NCBI GenBank assembly: GCA_021299635.1
Contig: JAJTFA010000002.1
Span: forward strand, 249,110-313,109
Direction: 5' to 3'
DNA length: 64,000 nt
From: Sphingobacteriales bacterium
GTDB taxonomy: Bacteria > Bacteroidota > Bacteroidia > UKL13-3
The notes under the pieces: generated by a model
What the model was told of the DNA's origin: nothing
Databases searched by the model: none
What the model saw: only the letters and a program-made list of their open reading frames with translations
Made by a program: the position numbers and the translations under genes
Shown here: piece after piece, positions 38,513 to 47,409 of the stretch
Numbering within the stretch: the first letter of the stretch is position 1
Layout of the letters: the number at the start of each line of letters is the position of its first letter

Positions 38513-39676
38513 TTAGTCTTCCAGATATACTTCTTCTGCAAAAACAGGCGCATTATACTTCTCGAGCACTGCATCTTTTTGCTCTTCAAGATTTACAGCA
38601 TACCTGAGTCCAGCGCCTTTGCCTATAACCTTAACCAGGTTTTGATCAACCAGGGCGGTAAAATCTCTTTGTATGGTTTTTCTGTTGCAGTCAAACTCAC
38701 TCACCAGATCTTTTGTAGAAATAAAGCCTTTATGTTGTATAATATACATGATGAGTTTTTGGCGCTTGTTTAGGATGCTTTCATCTATTTCTCTTAGCCG
38801 ATATCCGCGCTCAAAAACATAGTTCATGATATTTTTCTGACGTGGATTTAATTGTTCAAAATCTATTTGTTTTCTGAAATAGGAACGAAGCAATAATTTA
38901 AGACGGTTTAGTTGTGCTGCATACAAATCAGTGCCAAAGTCAAGCTCTTTTTGTATGCTGTTTACATTTTCCTGCGGAGTTTCTGTGCGATTTTCAATAA
39001 AGAAGTTTTGGTATTCATTCTTATTCAGATACAACTCATGCTCAATACTAATCAATCCCAGCAAATCCATTCCCTTCTTTCTAAGCCAGAAATTTTGAAG
39101 CAGTGATGCTATTTTACTTTTTGCCTCAGAAAAAATACGTGTATTAAGCAATTTGAAATGTAAAATCCAGGATTGAATAATGGGGTGCTGCTCTTCATCC
39201 TGATTCAGGTACTCAAATAGACCTTCCAGTTCAAGCTCAGCTGTAGGACTTAGTTTCTCAGGACTACGCAGGCTGTTTACGGAGAATAGGTTTATATCTT
39301 CACGGTTATTATATAAATCAAGTATCAGCAGTTTTTGAAGCTGATAAAGCATAGATACATGCAAAGGCTGGTCTAATTGTGAATTAAGCCAAGCCTCTGC
39401 TTTCATATATTGTTCCACGCCTCTTTCAGCCAAACCCTTCGGCCTCATTTTACCCTGAACAATATATTTTACTGTTTTTATATCAATGATATTGTGATCT
39501 AGCGCATTGGCGTAATAAGTGCGCAGAATTAGAGAGTTTTGCTGCTCTATCTGCCTGATATGATCAGGCAAATCAATGAAGTCATGTATTTTGATGAGCT
39601 CTTCATGCTGATGAAAACAGTCATAGTGTTTTGCATCAATAGCTATAGCAGGCTCAAACTTATTGATTAATATCAC
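38513..39676 (-). CDS. degenerate Fic-fold protein with C-terminal DeoR-like winged HTH
   Basis: Fic-like layout (HPIIQSWILH followed by TRIFSEAKSKIASL where HPFxDGNGRxxR is expected); C-terminal LNKRQKLI...ISTKDLVSEFDCNRKTIQRDFTALV...GKGAGLRY wHTH. Confidence 0.65.
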   Translation of the reverse strand: MILINKFEPAIAIDAKHYDCFHQHEELIKIHDFIDLPDHIRQIEQQNSLILRTYYANALDHNIIDIKTVKYIVQGKMRPKGLAERGVEQYMKAEAWLNSQLDQPLHVSMLYQLQKLLILDLYNNREDINLFSVNSLRSPEKLSPTAELELEGLFEYLNQDEEQHPIIQSWILHFKLLNTRIFSEAKSKIASLLQNFWLRKKGMDLLGLISIEHELYLNKNEYQNFFIENRTETPQENVNSIQKELDFGTDLYAAQLNRLKLLLRSYFRKQIDFEQLNPRQKNIMNYVFERGYRLREIDESILNKRQKLIMYIIQHKGFISTKDLVSEFDCNRKTIQRDFTALVDQNLVKVIGKGAGLRYAVNLEEQKDAVLEKYNAPVFAEEVYLED

Positions 39677-39856
39677 TCATCCAAAAGTACATGCATTATA
39701 TATGCGGTGTAGACTGAGTACCTCTCAAACAGTTGTGGATATTGGTATTTTAGAGATAGGCAAGGTTTAACAATTTCTTAAGATGCCCGAAAACATTAAG
39801 AAACACGGGATTTAAAAAAATAGACACGCCTCTAAAACGGCTGTTAATAATTGTTG

Positions 39857-41392
39857 TTATAAGGTTTCTAGCGTTTGCAGATAATCTTCTGCTTGCTTAA
39901 GTATCTCCTGCTTTTCTGCACTGGCCATTTTGTTCAAGACCTGATACATCATGGATATACGTTGATTGTTGCTTAATAGGTTTCTGTTGCGCTCGTAAAA
40001 GTGCCAGTACAAACTATTAAACGGGCAGGCTTTATCGCCATGTTTTTTCTTTTTATCATAATAACATCCCTTGCAGTAATCGCCCATTTTATCAATGTAA
40101 TTGGCAGATGAAATATAAGGCTTGCTGCCTACTATTCCCCCATCGGCAAACTGACTCATGCCTCGTGTATTGGTAACTTCAACCCATTGCAGCGCATCTA
40201 TATAAATACCCAGATACCATTTGTCCACTTCATCCGGATGGATTCCGGCAAGCAGCGCAAAGTTGCCTGTAACCATTAATCGTTGTATATGATGTGCGTA
40301 GGCATTTTCTAAACTGTTATGTACTGCCTGTTTCACGCAATTCATTTTGGTTTCTCCGTTCCAGAAATAGCCGGGCAATTGGGTTGAGTGGTTAAAGAAA
40401 TTTAGTGTTTCATAGGCCGGCATTTTCCACCAGTAAATACCCCTCATATATTCACGCCAACCAATGATTTGCCTTGCAAATCCTTCTATCTGAGGTAAGC
40501 TGATGTTTTCAGGATTTTTCCTCCACGCCTCAATAGCTGTATGAACTACTTCTGCAGGAGAGAGCATTTTTGTATTAAGTGCAAAAGATAAACGTGAGTG
40601 AAACAAAAATGGCTCCTGAACAGACATGGCATCCTGGTAGGTTCCAAAATAGGGCAAATGATGTGCAACAAAATATTGTAGCAACTGCAGCGATTGTTTG
40701 CGCGAAACCGGCCACAGGAATGCTTCAGGTTGTATACTGCCTATATATTTAATGCCACTGTTTTTTATTTCCGCTGTAACCTCTGATACATCATTTTTTA
40801 CTATATCATATGCAGGTGCAGCGGGTGTGCCAGTCCATTTTTTTCGGTTTTCGGAATCATAGTTCCATTTACCACCAATGGGCTCTGTGCCATCCATCAG
40901 TATACCATATTGTTTTCTGATTTGCCTGTAAAATGTTTCCATCAGAATTTGCTTCTTGCCTTCAAACAAATCTTTTACCTGCATGCGGGTACTCATAAAA
41001 TGTTCGGTATCAAAAGAGCGGTATGGAATGGATAGACTTTCGCAAAATAGCCGGAGTTGTTCATCAATACGCCATTCATCAGGTAACTGGTATTGAAATT
41101 CCTGAATGCGATATTGTTTAATAAGCTGAGATAAATTTTCGGCTAGTATATGTTTATTGGAAGAATCATTGATGGTATAATAAATTACCTGATGACCTGC
41201 TTGTTCCAGCGTTTGGGCAAAGTTGCGCATTGCTGTAAAAAAACCAGCAAGCTTTTGTATGTGATGCGTTACATAATCTGTTTCCTGCCGCATCTCAAAC
41301 AAGCAGTAAATATGTGATTCATTTACCTCTTGAAACCAACTGTGCTGTTCGTTTAACTGATCACCTAAAATTAGCCTAAGCGTTTTAGCCAT
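39857..41392 (-). CDS. Fe-S bacterial cryptochrome/(6-4) photolyase (PhrB/CryB, FeS-BCP class)
   Basis: LILGDQL, HHIQK, GGKWNYD.ENR, FGTYQDAM, RQIIGWREY, HHIQRLM, KPY. Four Cys for a 4Fe-4S cluster: MNC, YCKGC, ACPFN. Confidence 0.93.
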   Translation of the reverse strand: MAKTLRLILGDQLNEQHSWFQEVNESHIYCLFEMRQETDYVTHHIQKLAGFFTAMRNFAQTLEQAGHQVIYYTINDSSNKHILAENLSQLIKQYRIQEFQYQLPDEWRIDEQLRLFCESLSIPYRSFDTEHFMSTRMQVKDLFEGKKQILMETFYRQIRKQYGILMDGTEPIGGKWNYDSENRKKWTGTPAAPAYDIVKNDVSEVTAEIKNSGIKYIGSIQPEAFLWPVSRKQSLQLLQYFVAHHLPYFGTYQDAMSVQEPFLFHSRLSFALNTKMLSPAEVVHTAIEAWRKNPENISLPQIEGFARQIIGWREYMRGIYWWKMPAYETLNFFNHSTQLPGYFWNGETKMNCVKQAVHNSLENAYAHHIQRLMVTGNFALLAGIHPDEVDKWYLGIYIDALQWVEVTNTRGMSQFADGGIVGSKPYISSANYIDKMGDYCKGCYYDKKKKHGDKACPFNSLYWHFYERNRNLLSNNQRISMMYQVLNKMASAEKQEILKQAEDYLQTLETL

Positions 41393-41406
41393 ATTTGCTG
41401 CAGGTT

Positions 41407-42018
41407 TTAGGGTTTGGCATAAGGCAGCTCTTCAATTTTAGATAGGCGGTAATATGTTTCCAATCCACCTGCACCAATGCTGCCGCTATTTCCCAGTTGC
41501 AGGATATTGGATTCATTTACTAAATCCTGCTCCAGTATAATTTCTTGCACTTTACCAATCATTAAAATGGTTCCGTTTGCTTTAACAGGAATTTCCTCCT
41601 CTAATGTGAGCCCTATTTTTACGAGGGATTCTTTTACATAGGGAGCTTTGATAGCTGGTGTATATTCCGGTGTAAGCCCTGTTGCTTCAAACTCACTGAT
41701 GGCATAACGGGCAGAGGTTTGATGAGCCTGCCTGTAAATGCCTTCGTGCACATGGTTAATGGTAAAGCAACCCGTTTGTTTAAGATATTCGTAGGTATGA
41801 CGTTCCACACTTACAGGACGCATAATAAATCCCATGAGTGGTGGATTGGCACCGATATGAACAACTGAATTGAAAATAGCCAGATTGGTGATGCCGGCCT
41901 CATTGATGGTACCTATGAGATTGGCTGCGCGGATGCCGGGCAATGAATTGATTAAATTGGTTCTGGGTTGTTTATCCATTCCCAATATATCTGATAAAGT
42001 AATTATGGTTCTACTCAT
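41407..42018 (-). CDS. flavin reductase-like (split barrel) protein
   Basis: NLAIFNSVVHIGANPP, RHT, FTINHV, SEF...GLT, APYVKES. Confidence 0.88.
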   Translation of the reverse strand: MSRTIITLSDILGMDKQPRTNLINSLPGIRAANLIGTINEAGITNLAIFNSVVHIGANPPLMGFIMRPVSVERHTYEYLKQTGCFTINHVHEGIYRQAHQTSARYAISEFEATGLTPEYTPAIKAPYVKESLVKIGLTLEEEIPVKANGTILMIGKVQEIILEQDLVNESNILQLGNSGSIGAGGLETYYRLSKIEELPYAKP

Positions 42019-42025
42019 GTATGGC

Positions 42026-42712
42026 TTATCTTATGGCTTGCATGCCACCGTCAACTGGTATAATCTGACCGGTAATCCAATTGGCATTTATGAGAAATAG
42101 TGCTGCATCAGCTATATCATCCGGTGTTCCAATTTTTTTCAGCGGGTGTCTTTCTTCTGCAGCCTTAATTTTTGCTTCTGCATTTAATAACTTTTCTGCC
42201 AGCGGTGTTTGTGTAAGCGATGGAGCAATGGCATTCACCCTTATTTTGGGTGCAAACTCTGCAGCAAGGCTTCTGGTTAGGCCTTCAATGGCTCCTTTTG
42301 CTGCACTGATGCTTGCATGGAACGGCATGCCTGTTTGCACGGCAACGGTACTAAATAAAGTAATACTTGGTGCAGTTGCCTGTTGCAGTTGAGGTAAATA
42401 ATGCCGTATGGTTTTTATGGCACCCAATACATTGATGTTCCAGTCGTTTAAAAAATCCTCGTTTTTTATTGAGCGAAAAGGTTTGAGTGAAATGGTACCG
42501 GGGCAGTAAATCAGCGCATCAATGGGTTTATCTATTGATGGGAAATCCGGATTATCTTGTGCTATATCAACCATAAAATGATTTATACCATTTCCTGCGT
42601 TTAGGTTTCCAGAGGTTCTGGAAAGTGCTGTAATTTCATGTGTTACGCTCAGCTTTTTGGCAAGTGCGCCACCAATGCCACTGCTTGCCCCTATCATTAA
42701 TGCATGCTTCAT
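42026..42712 (-). CDS. atypical SDR oxidoreductase
   Basis: IGASSGIG, RVNAIAPSLT, ITGQIIPVDGG. The catalytic YxxxK region reads ISAAK. Confidence 0.88.
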   Translation of the reverse strand: MKHALMIGASSGIGGALAKKLSVTHEITALSRTSGNLNAGNGINHFMVDIAQDNPDFPSIDKPIDALIYCPGTISLKPFRSIKNEDFLNDWNINVLGAIKTIRHYLPQLQQATAPSITLFSTVAVQTGMPFHASISAAKGAIEGLTRSLAAEFAPKIRVNAIAPSLTQTPLAEKLLNAEAKIKAAEERHPLKKIGTPDDIADAALFLINANWITGQIIPVDGGMQAIR

Positions 42713-42732
42713 ATACAAGTAACATCCTTTAA

Positions 42733-43872
42733 TTAAAAAGGTTTGCCATGTGTTTTGCCAATGAGCCACTGCGTTACGAAGGGCATGGGCTTAAGTGCAG
42801 AAACAGTTAGGTTGGTTAGCAGTGGGTTGCCAAATAATCCTTGAATAAAACGGCCTGCTTTAAGCCTACCTGCAAATTCTCTGTTCCAAGCTTCAAGGTA
42901 TGCTGCTATCAGTTCTTTTTTACGTTTATTCGGTTGTTTGTATTGCTTTATTAAGCCCGCCAAAATAAAGGACGCATGCATGGCCATGCTCATACCGTTG
43001 CCGCATAGGGGTGTAATAAGTCCTGCTGCATCGCCTGCAAACATTAGGTTGCCTGCATGGCTACTTTTTTTTTCAAAACTTATTTGTGAAATAACCAGCG
43101 GCTTATCATATATAAAACGCGCACGCTTAAAAATCAATTTCAAAAAAGGGTTTTTATGCAGCACCTCTGCTTCCATTTGACTGATGTCTCCATTTCTGTT
43201 TTTAAGTTGGGTTGCAGTGGTGAGGTAGCATAAGCAATAGGTATTGTTTTCAACTTTAGAAATACCGCAATAGCCATTTTCAAAATTATGCAAGGCAATG
43301 CGGTTTTCCGGTTCATCAATTTCAATATGGTATTTTACGCCAATAAAGTCGTTTAGTCTGCGTTGTGTTGGCTGTATAAAAGGGCGATTGAGTTTCACAT
43401 CCAAGTTGGCGCGTTTGCCCCAGGCGCCAAAAACAAGTTTTGTGTTGAAAGCTTCATGCAGTGTTTGCACTTCTGATACATCTGCAGCCTCTCGTATATC
43501 AGTAACTTTGGCATTGCATAAAACAGTTACACCCACCTCAAGAGCTTTTTTATAGAGCAGATGGTCGAGCATATAACGACTGATGCCAAATCCCCCCTGA
43601 TGCAGTGGTTGGGTTAAATAATTGCCTGAAGGTGCCGATACCAGCAATTGGTTAATACGTGGTAACTGCAGCTCACGCAGTGGAACACCAAGGCGCTCCA
43701 GAAATGGCCAGCTCTCCATGCTGATGTACTCACCGCAAACTTTATGAAACGGATAGTTTTCCTTCTCAAACAAAATGGTTTGCAATCCCTGTTGTTGCAG
43801 TTGTATGGCAAGCGTTAACCCGGCAAGTCCACCACCAATAATAGCCGCATCATATGTTGTTTGTGTACTCAT
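42733..43872 (-). CDS. FAD-dependent oxidoreductase/hydroxylase (geranylgeranyl-reductase-like family)
   Basis: IIGGGLAG, KVCGE, GDAAGLITPLCGNG. Confidence 0.88.
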   Translation of the reverse strand: MSTQTTYDAAIIGGGLAGLTLAIQLQQQGLQTILFEKENYPFHKVCGEYISMESWPFLERLGVPLRELQLPRINQLLVSAPSGNYLTQPLHQGGFGISRYMLDHLLYKKALEVGVTVLCNAKVTDIREAADVSEVQTLHEAFNTKLVFGAWGKRANLDVKLNRPFIQPTQRRLNDFIGVKYHIEIDEPENRIALHNFENGYCGISKVENNTYCLCYLTTATQLKNRNGDISQMEAEVLHKNPFLKLIFKRARFIYDKPLVISQISFEKKSSHAGNLMFAGDAAGLITPLCGNGMSMAMHASFILAGLIKQYKQPNKRKKELIAAYLEAWNREFAGRLKAGRFIQGLFGNPLLTNLTVSALKPMPFVTQWLIGKTHGKPF

Positions 43873-44582
43873 TTATTTGCACCGGGTATTAGCACTATCC
43901 ATCTGAAAGCCCATTGCCATGTAAGTGTATATACCGGTATGCGCGCTGCCTTGAGGATTTGCAGCCACTCTTGTTTTTTAAAACCCCGTAATACTGATAA
44001 TGGTGCATCATTTTTAACAAGGTATGAGCGGGAAAATAGGCGTGTTAGCCATGCAATACTATAATAAGCAAAAGGGTGGCGGTGCAGATCATTAATGATA
44101 ACGGCCTGTTTGGCCATTTTAACAGACCATTGGATTAATTCGGAGATTTCTTCGTCAGCCAGGTGGTGACAAAACAAGGCATTTACTACCACATCGGCTT
44201 CAATATTTTCCTGAAGCAGTTTTCTATAATCATTTTTAATCAGGCTTATTTCAGGATATGCAGCGCATGCCTTTATTGCATAATTAATGCAATCTTGCTT
44301 CAGATCTACTCCGGTAAGTTTTACCGATAGTTTTTTTGCACGAGCCCATTTAGCAATTGCTTTTAGTGTATCTCCGCCTCCGCAACCGATATCCAGAATA
44401 TGAACAGTTTTATAGGTTGGCAGAGATAACTGATTGAGTGCAGCAATGGTAGCTGCATGGCCTCCCAAAAGTGTATTGATGATGTCCAGCTCAAGCAGAT
44501 TTCTGTTGAGTGCATCAGCCGGAATATCGGATGCATCCAGCAGTTCTTTTTGTTTGGAGCGTGCGTTAAACATGTTTTTCAA
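43869..44582 (-). CDS. SAM-dependent methyltransferase
   Basis: ELLD, ILDIGCGGGD, LFCHH, INDLHR, DAPLSVLRGF. Confidence 0.9.
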   Translation of the reverse strand: MKNMFNARSKQKELLDASDIPADALNRNLLELDIINTLLGGHAATIAALNQLSLPTYKTVHILDIGCGGGDTLKAIAKWARAKKLSVKLTGVDLKQDCINYAIKACAAYPEISLIKNDYRKLLQENIEADVVVNALFCHHLADEEISELIQWSVKMAKQAVIINDLHRHPFAYYSIAWLTRLFSRSYLVKNDAPLSVLRGFKKQEWLQILKAARIPVYTLTWQWAFRWIVLIPGANK

Positions 44583-45654
44583 ATAAAAAACTTTCCATGG
44601 TTAAGCCGGGGCCAAAGGCCACACCAAACGTTTTACCTGTTTGATTGGACTGAAGCAGTTTTTTAAGTACAAATAAAATAGTGGCACTGCTCATGTTACC
44701 ATAATTACGCAGCACTTCATAAGAAGCATCCAACGCTTGTTTAGGTAATTTTAGTTGTGATTGAATGACATCCAGGATTTTTCTTCCTCCCGGATGAATA
44801 GCCCACAATTCAATATCATCAAGTGTTAATTTCCCTCTCAGGCATTGATTAAAAAGTGTTTCAATATGCTGCTCAATTAATGAAGGTATATAAGCACTGA
44901 GTGTCATCAGAAATCCTTCAGAAGAAATATGCCATGTCATGTCTTTTTCACCGTTAGGTATGATTTCGCTGTAAAAATCAATCAATTCAAAATAGGGCTC
45001 TTTACAAGCATCTCGGTAAGCATCTCCGGCAATCACACATGCTGCTGCTCCATCGGCAAATATAGCATTGGCTGTAAGGTTATCAGCGCTTGGATTTTTC
45101 TGAAAGTGTAACGTGCACAGTTCAACAGAAACAATCATAACCAATGCATTTTTATTAGCAGTGCAAATGGCATGTGCCTGTTTAAACGCATGTATCATGG
45201 CATAGCAGCCCATGAAATTTACGGAGGTACGATTGATATTGCTGGGCAGGTGCAGACGTTTAACCAACTCAATATCCAAACCGGGAGCTGACATACCCGT
45301 GCAAGACACTGTAATGAGGTGGGTAAATGATTGTTCATTCTCACCTGGTATTGACTTAAGGCAATTGTTAATCGCTGCTTCTGCCAGCGTTGTGGCATGT
45401 TCATGATAACAGGATAATCGGCTTGTTACATCCGGTTGTAATCCATCTTTAAATAGTTCCTTTTTGGGTTGGTTAACATCAAAGTCGGGTATTACGCTGT
45501 ATCGATAGTCAATTCCACTTCGCTCATACATGAGTTTTAAACGCTGCAGATCCGTTACTTCCGGATTGTACTGCGATTTCATGTAAGAAAAAATAACTGA
45601 TTGGCTATGCTTATATTTTGGCATTGCCGTATCTATTGACCAAATGAAACTCAT
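44566..45654 (-). CDS. type III polyketide synthase (chalcone/stilbene synthase family)
   Basis: Cys-His-Asn triad in FMGCYA, AIHPGG and GNMSS; also SCTG, VELCTLH, FADGAAA, FGPGLT. Confidence 0.95.
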   Translation of the reverse strand: MSFIWSIDTAMPKYKHSQSVIFSYMKSQYNPEVTDLQRLKLMYERSGIDYRYSVIPDFDVNQPKKELFKDGLQPDVTSRLSCYHEHATTLAEAAINNCLKSIPGENEQSFTHLITVSCTGMSAPGLDIELVKRLHLPSNINRTSVNFMGCYAMIHAFKQAHAICTANKNALVMIVSVELCTLHFQKNPSADNLTANAIFADGAAACVIAGDAYRDACKEPYFELIDFYSEIIPNGEKDMTWHISSEGFLMTLSAYIPSLIEQHIETLFNQCLRGKLTLDDIELWAIHPGGRKILDVIQSQLKLPKQALDASYEVLRNYGNMSSATILFVLKKLLQSNQTGKTFGVAFGPGLTMESFLFEKHV

Positions 45655-46502
45655 TGAATTATATTTGATATGATGAGAGAAAGGAAAAATAAATTTAATA
45701 AAACTGATGCAAGCGCATTCATTCGCATGGTGTGTGTAAAATCTGCATATATTACGTTTTCCCAAACCTTACGTAACCAGTAAAAAAAATAAATCAGAAC
45801 CGGACTCAGTAAACCCTGAAGCAACCAAAACTTCCATAATGATTCCTGAAATCTTATATAAAACAAAATCATGGCACATACAAAGCAAATGGCAGTAAGT
45901 AAAAATGTGCCGCGGTAGCCAAGCATCATACTCATGGTATGCACACCATCTTTTCTATCGGCATCATGCTGATAAATTTGTGTAAGCGGGTATACTCCGG
46001 CTATGAGCAACGAAGAAATGCAAAGTCCGTTTAAGTCGGGAAGGGTATTACCTGCAGAATGACAGGTAAGCATATAAATCCAGGCTCCCTGAAAAATCAC
46101 AACAGTAAGGTAGCCTGCCAGAGCAAATTTCTTTAGCCTAATTCTTTTGTAGCTATATGCACGAGATATAAGGATATACATCAATACAAAAAGGGCACTT
46201 CGTAAACCAAGCAGTAAACTAAGTAAAACAGCCACTGTATCCATTATTGCACTCAGGTAAAATACTTTTTTATCTGCTTTTGGCGGATGCTTTAAGCCAC
46301 CAATGGGTCCTTCATCCTGATCCATAAAACTATTATATGCGTTGCTAGCCGGATACACCAGTAAGTGAAGAATAGTAAAGAGAAGAAGTGCATGGTAACA
46401 TGAAATGGTTTGCAAACCGCTTAATGCGAATAGAAAAACGGGAAGCAAAAAAAATGAAAAAGGTAAACGAAGCAGTTGTAAATTCTTGGCTGATATCATC
46501 AA
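45651..46502 (-). CDS. UbiA-family prenyltransferase
   Basis: Multi-TM; NSFMDQDEG first acidic motif; YS...RLK; QIYQHDADRKDG second motif. Confidence 0.85.
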   Translation of the reverse strand: MMISAKNLQLLRLPFSFFLLPVFLFALSGLQTISCYHALLLFTILHLLVYPASNAYNSFMDQDEGPIGGLKHPPKADKKVFYLSAIMDTVAVLLSLLLGLRSALFVLMYILISRAYSYKRIRLKKFALAGYLTVVIFQGAWIYMLTCHSAGNTLPDLNGLCISSLLIAGVYPLTQIYQHDADRKDGVHTMSMMLGYRGTFLLTAICFVCAMILFYIRFQESLWKFWLLQGLLSPVLIYFFYWLRKVWENVIYADFTHTMRMNALASVLLNLFFLSLIISNIIQ

Positions 46503-46689
46503 GGGAAAATACGGTTTATTCTTAATGTTTGCTTAAAAAAATAATATTAAGAGAAATTAAAGAAGTCTGTAATGCCTGATTTTAAACGCTTTTTAAGATT
46601 TTTATAATCTGATTACATATCATCAAGAGTCTATGGCAAAGAAAGCATGTAGGATTTCATAACTTTGAAAAAGCTAATTATTAAAGCTT

Positions 46690-47409
46690 ATGCAAAAGGA
46701 ACAATCACCTCATTTGCTTTTGGTTGAAGATGAAGTTACGTTGGGTTATTTTTTAAAAGAACGACTTAAACTAAGTGGTTATAGCATTAATCTTTGCCGT
46801 GATGGCGAAGAGGGTTGGAATACATTTAGAACAGGAAAATTTGATTTGTGTATTCTGGATGTAAACATGCCTAAAAAGAGTGGCTATGAATTGGCAAAAG
46901 ATATCAGAGGTATTAATCCGTTTGTTCCGATTATTTTTTTAACAGCCAATTCTGCTGAGGAAGATCGTTTAAAAGGATTTGAACTCGGGGCAGACGAGTA
47001 TATTGTTAAACCTTTCAGCACAGATGAACTTGTGGCGCGTATCAAAGCAATACTCAGAAGATCTCAGTATGCACCCCCAGTAATAAACCCTAAGGAGGAA
47101 ATAAAAAAAATAGGAAATCTGGAAGTAGATTTTATTAATCATTGCATTAAAATTAATGGTGGTGAGAAAAGAATGAGCACAACAGAGGCCGAGTTGTTTA
47201 AACTTTTCGTTGATCATAAAAATAATTTACTAACACGCAATTCTATTTTAATCAATGTTTGGGGGCGTGATGATTACTATACCGCACGCAATCTGGATGT
47301 ATACATTAATAAGTTGCGAAAAATATTAAAGGAAGATCCTTTGCTTGAAATAGTGAATATTCACGGTGCAGGGTTTAAACTTGTAGAAAATATTGCCAAC
47401 CAGACGTGA
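46690..47409 (+). CDS. OmpR-family response regulator
   Basis: LLVEDE, LDVNMP, FLTA, GADEYIVKPF, wHTH VWG...LDVYI.KLRK...IHGAGF; TAACTTTG at 46660-46667. Confidence 0.95.
   Translation: MQKEQSPHLLLVEDEVTLGYFLKERLKLSGYSINLCRDGEEGWNTFRTGKFDLCILDVNMPKKSGYELAKDIRGINPFVPIIFLTANSAEEDRLKGFELGADEYIVKPFSTDELVARIKAILRRSQYAPPVINPKEEIKKIGNLEVDFINHCIKINGGEKRMSTTEAELFKLFVDHKNNLLTRNSILINVWGRDDYYTARNLDVYINKLRKILKEDPLLEIVNIHGAGFKLVENIANQT

Noticed and set aside
38513..39676. Active Fic toxin or toxin-antitoxin module
   Set aside because: The catalytic His and GNG motif are absent and there is no adjacent small antitoxin ORF.
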